This document shows positions 61,796 to 64,000 of a stretch of 64,000 nucleotides of DNA, one piece after another (the first letter of the stretch is position 1; every line of letters begins with the position of its first letter). The notes beneath the pieces were generated by a model. That model worked only from the letters and a program-made list of their open reading frames with translations, was not told where the DNA came from and made no database searches. The DNA is taken from the NCBI GenBank assembly GCA_947455485.1, contig CANGNV010000001.1, forward strand, positions 39,781 to 103,780. The letters are read 5' to 3'. The position numbers were made by a program, and so were the translations under genes. This DNA is from Burkholderiaceae bacterium (GTDB taxonomy: Bacteria; Pseudomonadota; Gammaproteobacteria; Burkholderiales; Burkholderiaceae).

Positions 61796-62113
61796 TTACT
61801 TTTTACAGTAATGCTTGTATAACAAACTCATGACTGCTACAGCGACCTGACTTGATAGCGAGTAGTAAATTTGTTTACCCTCTCTACGTGTTTTAACCAG
61901 CTTTTCTTTACGTAATACGGTGAGCTGCTGTGAGAGTGTTGGTTGATGCAAATCTAGTGCCGCCTCTAACTCACCAACGCATTTTTCTGCTTGACCGATT
62001 TCACATAGGAGCATCATTCGGTCACGATTGGATAGGACCTTCATGAGTTTGCAAGCATCATCTGCCGATGACTGCATCTTCTTTAGTTCGGATTTAGTAA
62101 TCACTGGATTCAT
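61796..62113 (-). CDS. ArsR/SmtB-family repressor, BigR/SqrR-like persulfide sensor
   Basis: L.N.DR...LC, QPTLSQQL and C-terminal LY..YC; adjacent to persulfide dioxygenase and SQR. Confidence 0.82.
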   Translation of the reverse strand: MNPVITKSELKKMQSSADDACKLMKVLSNRDRMMLLCEIGQAEKCVGELEAALDLHQPTLSQQLTVLRKEKLVKTRREGKQIYYSLSSQVAVAVMSLLYKHYCKK

Positions 62114-62127
62114 TTTAAGAAGCAGAC

Positions 62128-62988
62128 TTATAGTGCATTCAAGGGAATCTTCAGATAAGAAACCCCATTGCTTTCTGGGGGCGGGAGGACTCCAGCTCGA
62201 ATATTAATTTGAATAGCGGGCAGTATTAATGTTGGCATTTCTAAGGTAGCGTCACGCTTAGAACGCATCTGTACGAACTCTGCCTCGCTAATGCCATCGT
62301 GCATATGAATATTGGATTTTTTTTGCTCAGAGACAGTTGTTTCAAAGTTTACGGGGCGACCATTCGGCGGGTAGTCGTGGCACATAAATAATCTAGTTTC
62401 AGACGGAAAGCTCAGAATTTTTTTCATTGACTGATAGAGGGTATGGGCATCGCCACCCGGAAAATCACATCTTGCGGTCCCGACATCCGGCATAAACATC
62501 GTATCGCCAACAAAAATTGCATCACCGATTTGATACGCCATACAGGCCGGAGTATGCCCAGGAACAAATAGCGACTTAAAGCTTAACCCACCCACTTGAA
62601 TTTCCTCACCATCCCTTAGTAAGTGATCAAACTGTGATCCATCAGTTGGGAAAGCGCATTCCAAATGAAAAACTTTTTTAAATACATCCTGTACATTCGA
62701 AATATGATCCCCAATCGCAATTTTTCCACCAAGCTGCGACTTTAGATAGGGTGCAGCTGAGACATGATCTGCATGTGCATGAGTCTCTAAAAGCCACTCT
62801 ACATTTAAGTTGTGCTCCTTAACAAAGGCGATGACCTCATCCGCCGACTTGGTCTTGGTTCGACCCGACTTGTGATCGTAATTGAGTACTGAATCGATAA
62901 TTAAGCATGGGGATCCAGGCTTTTCATAAACTACATAGGTCACAGTCCAGGTTTCTGGGTCAAAAAACCCCTTAACAGTCGGTTTCAT
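62128..62988 (-). CDS. Persulfide dioxygenase (ETHE1/Blh-like MBL fold)
   Basis: ETHAHADH, PGHTPAC, GTARCDFPGG, CHDY and YLKIPLN motifs. Confidence 0.88.
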   Translation of the reverse strand: MKPTVKGFFDPETWTVTYVVYEKPGSPCLIIDSVLNYDHKSGRTKTKSADEVIAFVKEHNLNVEWLLETHAHADHVSAAPYLKSQLGGKIAIGDHISNVQDVFKKVFHLECAFPTDGSQFDHLLRDGEEIQVGGLSFKSLFVPGHTPACMAYQIGDAIFVGDTMFMPDVGTARCDFPGGDAHTLYQSMKKILSFPSETRLFMCHDYPPNGRPVNFETTVSEQKKSNIHMHDGISEAEFVQMRSKRDATLEMPTLILPAIQINIRAGVLPPPESNGVSYLKIPLNAL

Positions 62989-63026
62989 CAAAATTTTCCA
63001 ATCACGGTAAATGAACTTGTCTTCAC

Positions 63027-63048
63027 ACATTATATAAAAATATAAAGT
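63027..63048. promoter_or_regulatory. Putative BigR-type operator in the divergent pdo/sqr promoter
   Basis: AT-rich near-palindrome ACATTATA-TAAAAA-TATAAAGT. Confidence 0.5.
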
Positions 63049-63128
63049 AATAAGAAACCCTGATATGAAATAATGCTTTTATCGTTTATTTTTACTCCTG
63101 AACCGATTACTAGACCCCTGGAGAAAAC

Positions 63129-64000
63129 ATGCCTACAGCGCAAACCATTGACCAATTTGACGTCCTGATTGCTGGAGGTGGTGCGGCTGGTATTGGCCTT
63201 GCGGCAAGCCTTAAAGTACGTGAGCCATCACTCAAGATTGCCATCATAGAACCTTCAGAAGTCCATTATTACCAGCCATCCTGGACTCTCGTGGGTGGAG
63301 GCGCTTTTAATGTGAAGGATAGTCGTCGTCAGACCGAAAGCCTAATTCCCAAAGGCATACATTGGATTAAAGATAAAATCACCGGCTTTAACCCAGATGC
63401 AAATGAAGTACTTATTGAGCATGGCAGCCCCATTAAATACAAACAACTGGCAATCGCAACTGGACTGAAATCTAACTGGGGGGCCATTCCAGGCTTAGTG
63501 GAAACGCTGGGCAAAAATGGAGTGACCTCTAATTACAGCTTTGAATTTTCCCCATACACCTGGGAGCTCGTAAAAAACCTCAAATCTGGCAAAGCTATCT
63601 TTACTCAGCCACCAATGCCAATTAAGTGCCCTGGAGCACCTCAAAAAGCCATGTACTTGTCGTGCTATGAATGGCAAAAACAAGGCAATCTAGGAAAAAT
63701 TGAGGTGGAGCTCAACAATGCTGGAGCAGCACTATTTGGAGTTGCTGATTTTGTGCCTCCACTAATGGAATACGTTAAAAAATATAAGGCCAAACTCAAT
63801 TTCAATACGAATCTAGTTTCTGTTAATGGCGCAGCTAAGAAGGCTATATTTGCAGTAAAAGATGCCGATGGCAATGTCAGTCACGTTGAAAAATCATTTG
63901 ATATGCTTCATGTAGTGCCCCCACAGGGGCCTCAAGATTGCCTCAAAGCAAGCCCAGTTGCTAATGCAGAAGGTTTTGTAGATGTTGATCAATTCACTTT
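63129..64000 (+). CDS. sqr: Sulfide:quinone oxidoreductase, type II (SqrB-like), 3'-truncated by the window edge
   Basis: Not in the ORF track. Translated by hand: MPTAQ...IAGGGAAG...HYYQPSWTLVGGG...GVTSNY...PIKCPGAPQK; GGAG RBS. Confidence 0.88.
   Translation, partial: MPTAQTIDQFDVLIAGGGAAGIGLAASLKVREPSLKIAIIEPSEVHYYQPSWTLVGGGAFNVKDSRRQTESLIPKGIHWIKDKITGFNPDANEVLIEHGSPIKYKQLAIATGLKSNWGAIPGLVETLGKNGVTSNYSFEFSPYTWELVKNLKSGKAIFTQPPMPIKCPGAPQKAMYLSCYEWQKQGNLGKIEVELNNAGAALFGVADFVPPLMEYVKKYKAKLNFNTNLVSVNGAAKKAIFAVKDADGNVSHVEKSFDMLHVVPPQGPQDCLKASPVANAEGFVDVDQFT

Noticed and set aside
1383-63874. Many 60-126 aa ORFs overlapping assigned genes (e.g. 2398-2754, 21839-22219, 38356-38718, 59102-59428, 63329-63874)
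   Set aside because: They are antisense or out-of-frame shadows of well-supported CDSs, with no recognisable motifs.
1-64000. CRISPR arrays, prophage genes, IS elements, defence systems, rRNA
   Set aside because: No spaced repeats, transposase, integrase or phage ORFs, or rRNA-like sequence were seen.

Overview
This is a low-GC betaproteobacterial chromosome segment. Gene content, gene order and an icd-II-like RNA leader point to Polynucleobacter (Burkholderiaceae), which is an inference. Core genes (azlCD, queG-tsaE-amiC) lead to tRNA-Lys(TTT) at 5908-5983. A ~20 kb integrase-less genomic island follows, bounded by an identical 76-bp direct repeat (5942-6017 and 26250-26325). It carries a Calvin-cycle module (fbp-prk-tkt-gph-pgk-fba-cbbY-gap-rpe, then ppc; divergently cbbR, form II RubisCO cbbM, cbbQ, cbbO) joined directly to a type I sulfide:quinone oxidoreductase and an orphan FixJ-like regulator. 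A third, decayed copy of the tRNA end at ~28326-28392 marks an older islet (marR, tautomerase, hydrolase). The rest holds ahpCF, gdhA, a second FAD/Fe-S oxidoreductase, phasin, msrPQ and monomeric icd with a structured leader. It also holds a double-Fur-box operon (beta-barrel, unannotated 59-aa ORF, FMN-binding protein, ApbE, His-rich membrane protein) and, at the right edge, a BigR-like/persulfide dioxygenase/type II SQR locus. All calls come from reading motifs by eye; no searches were run.
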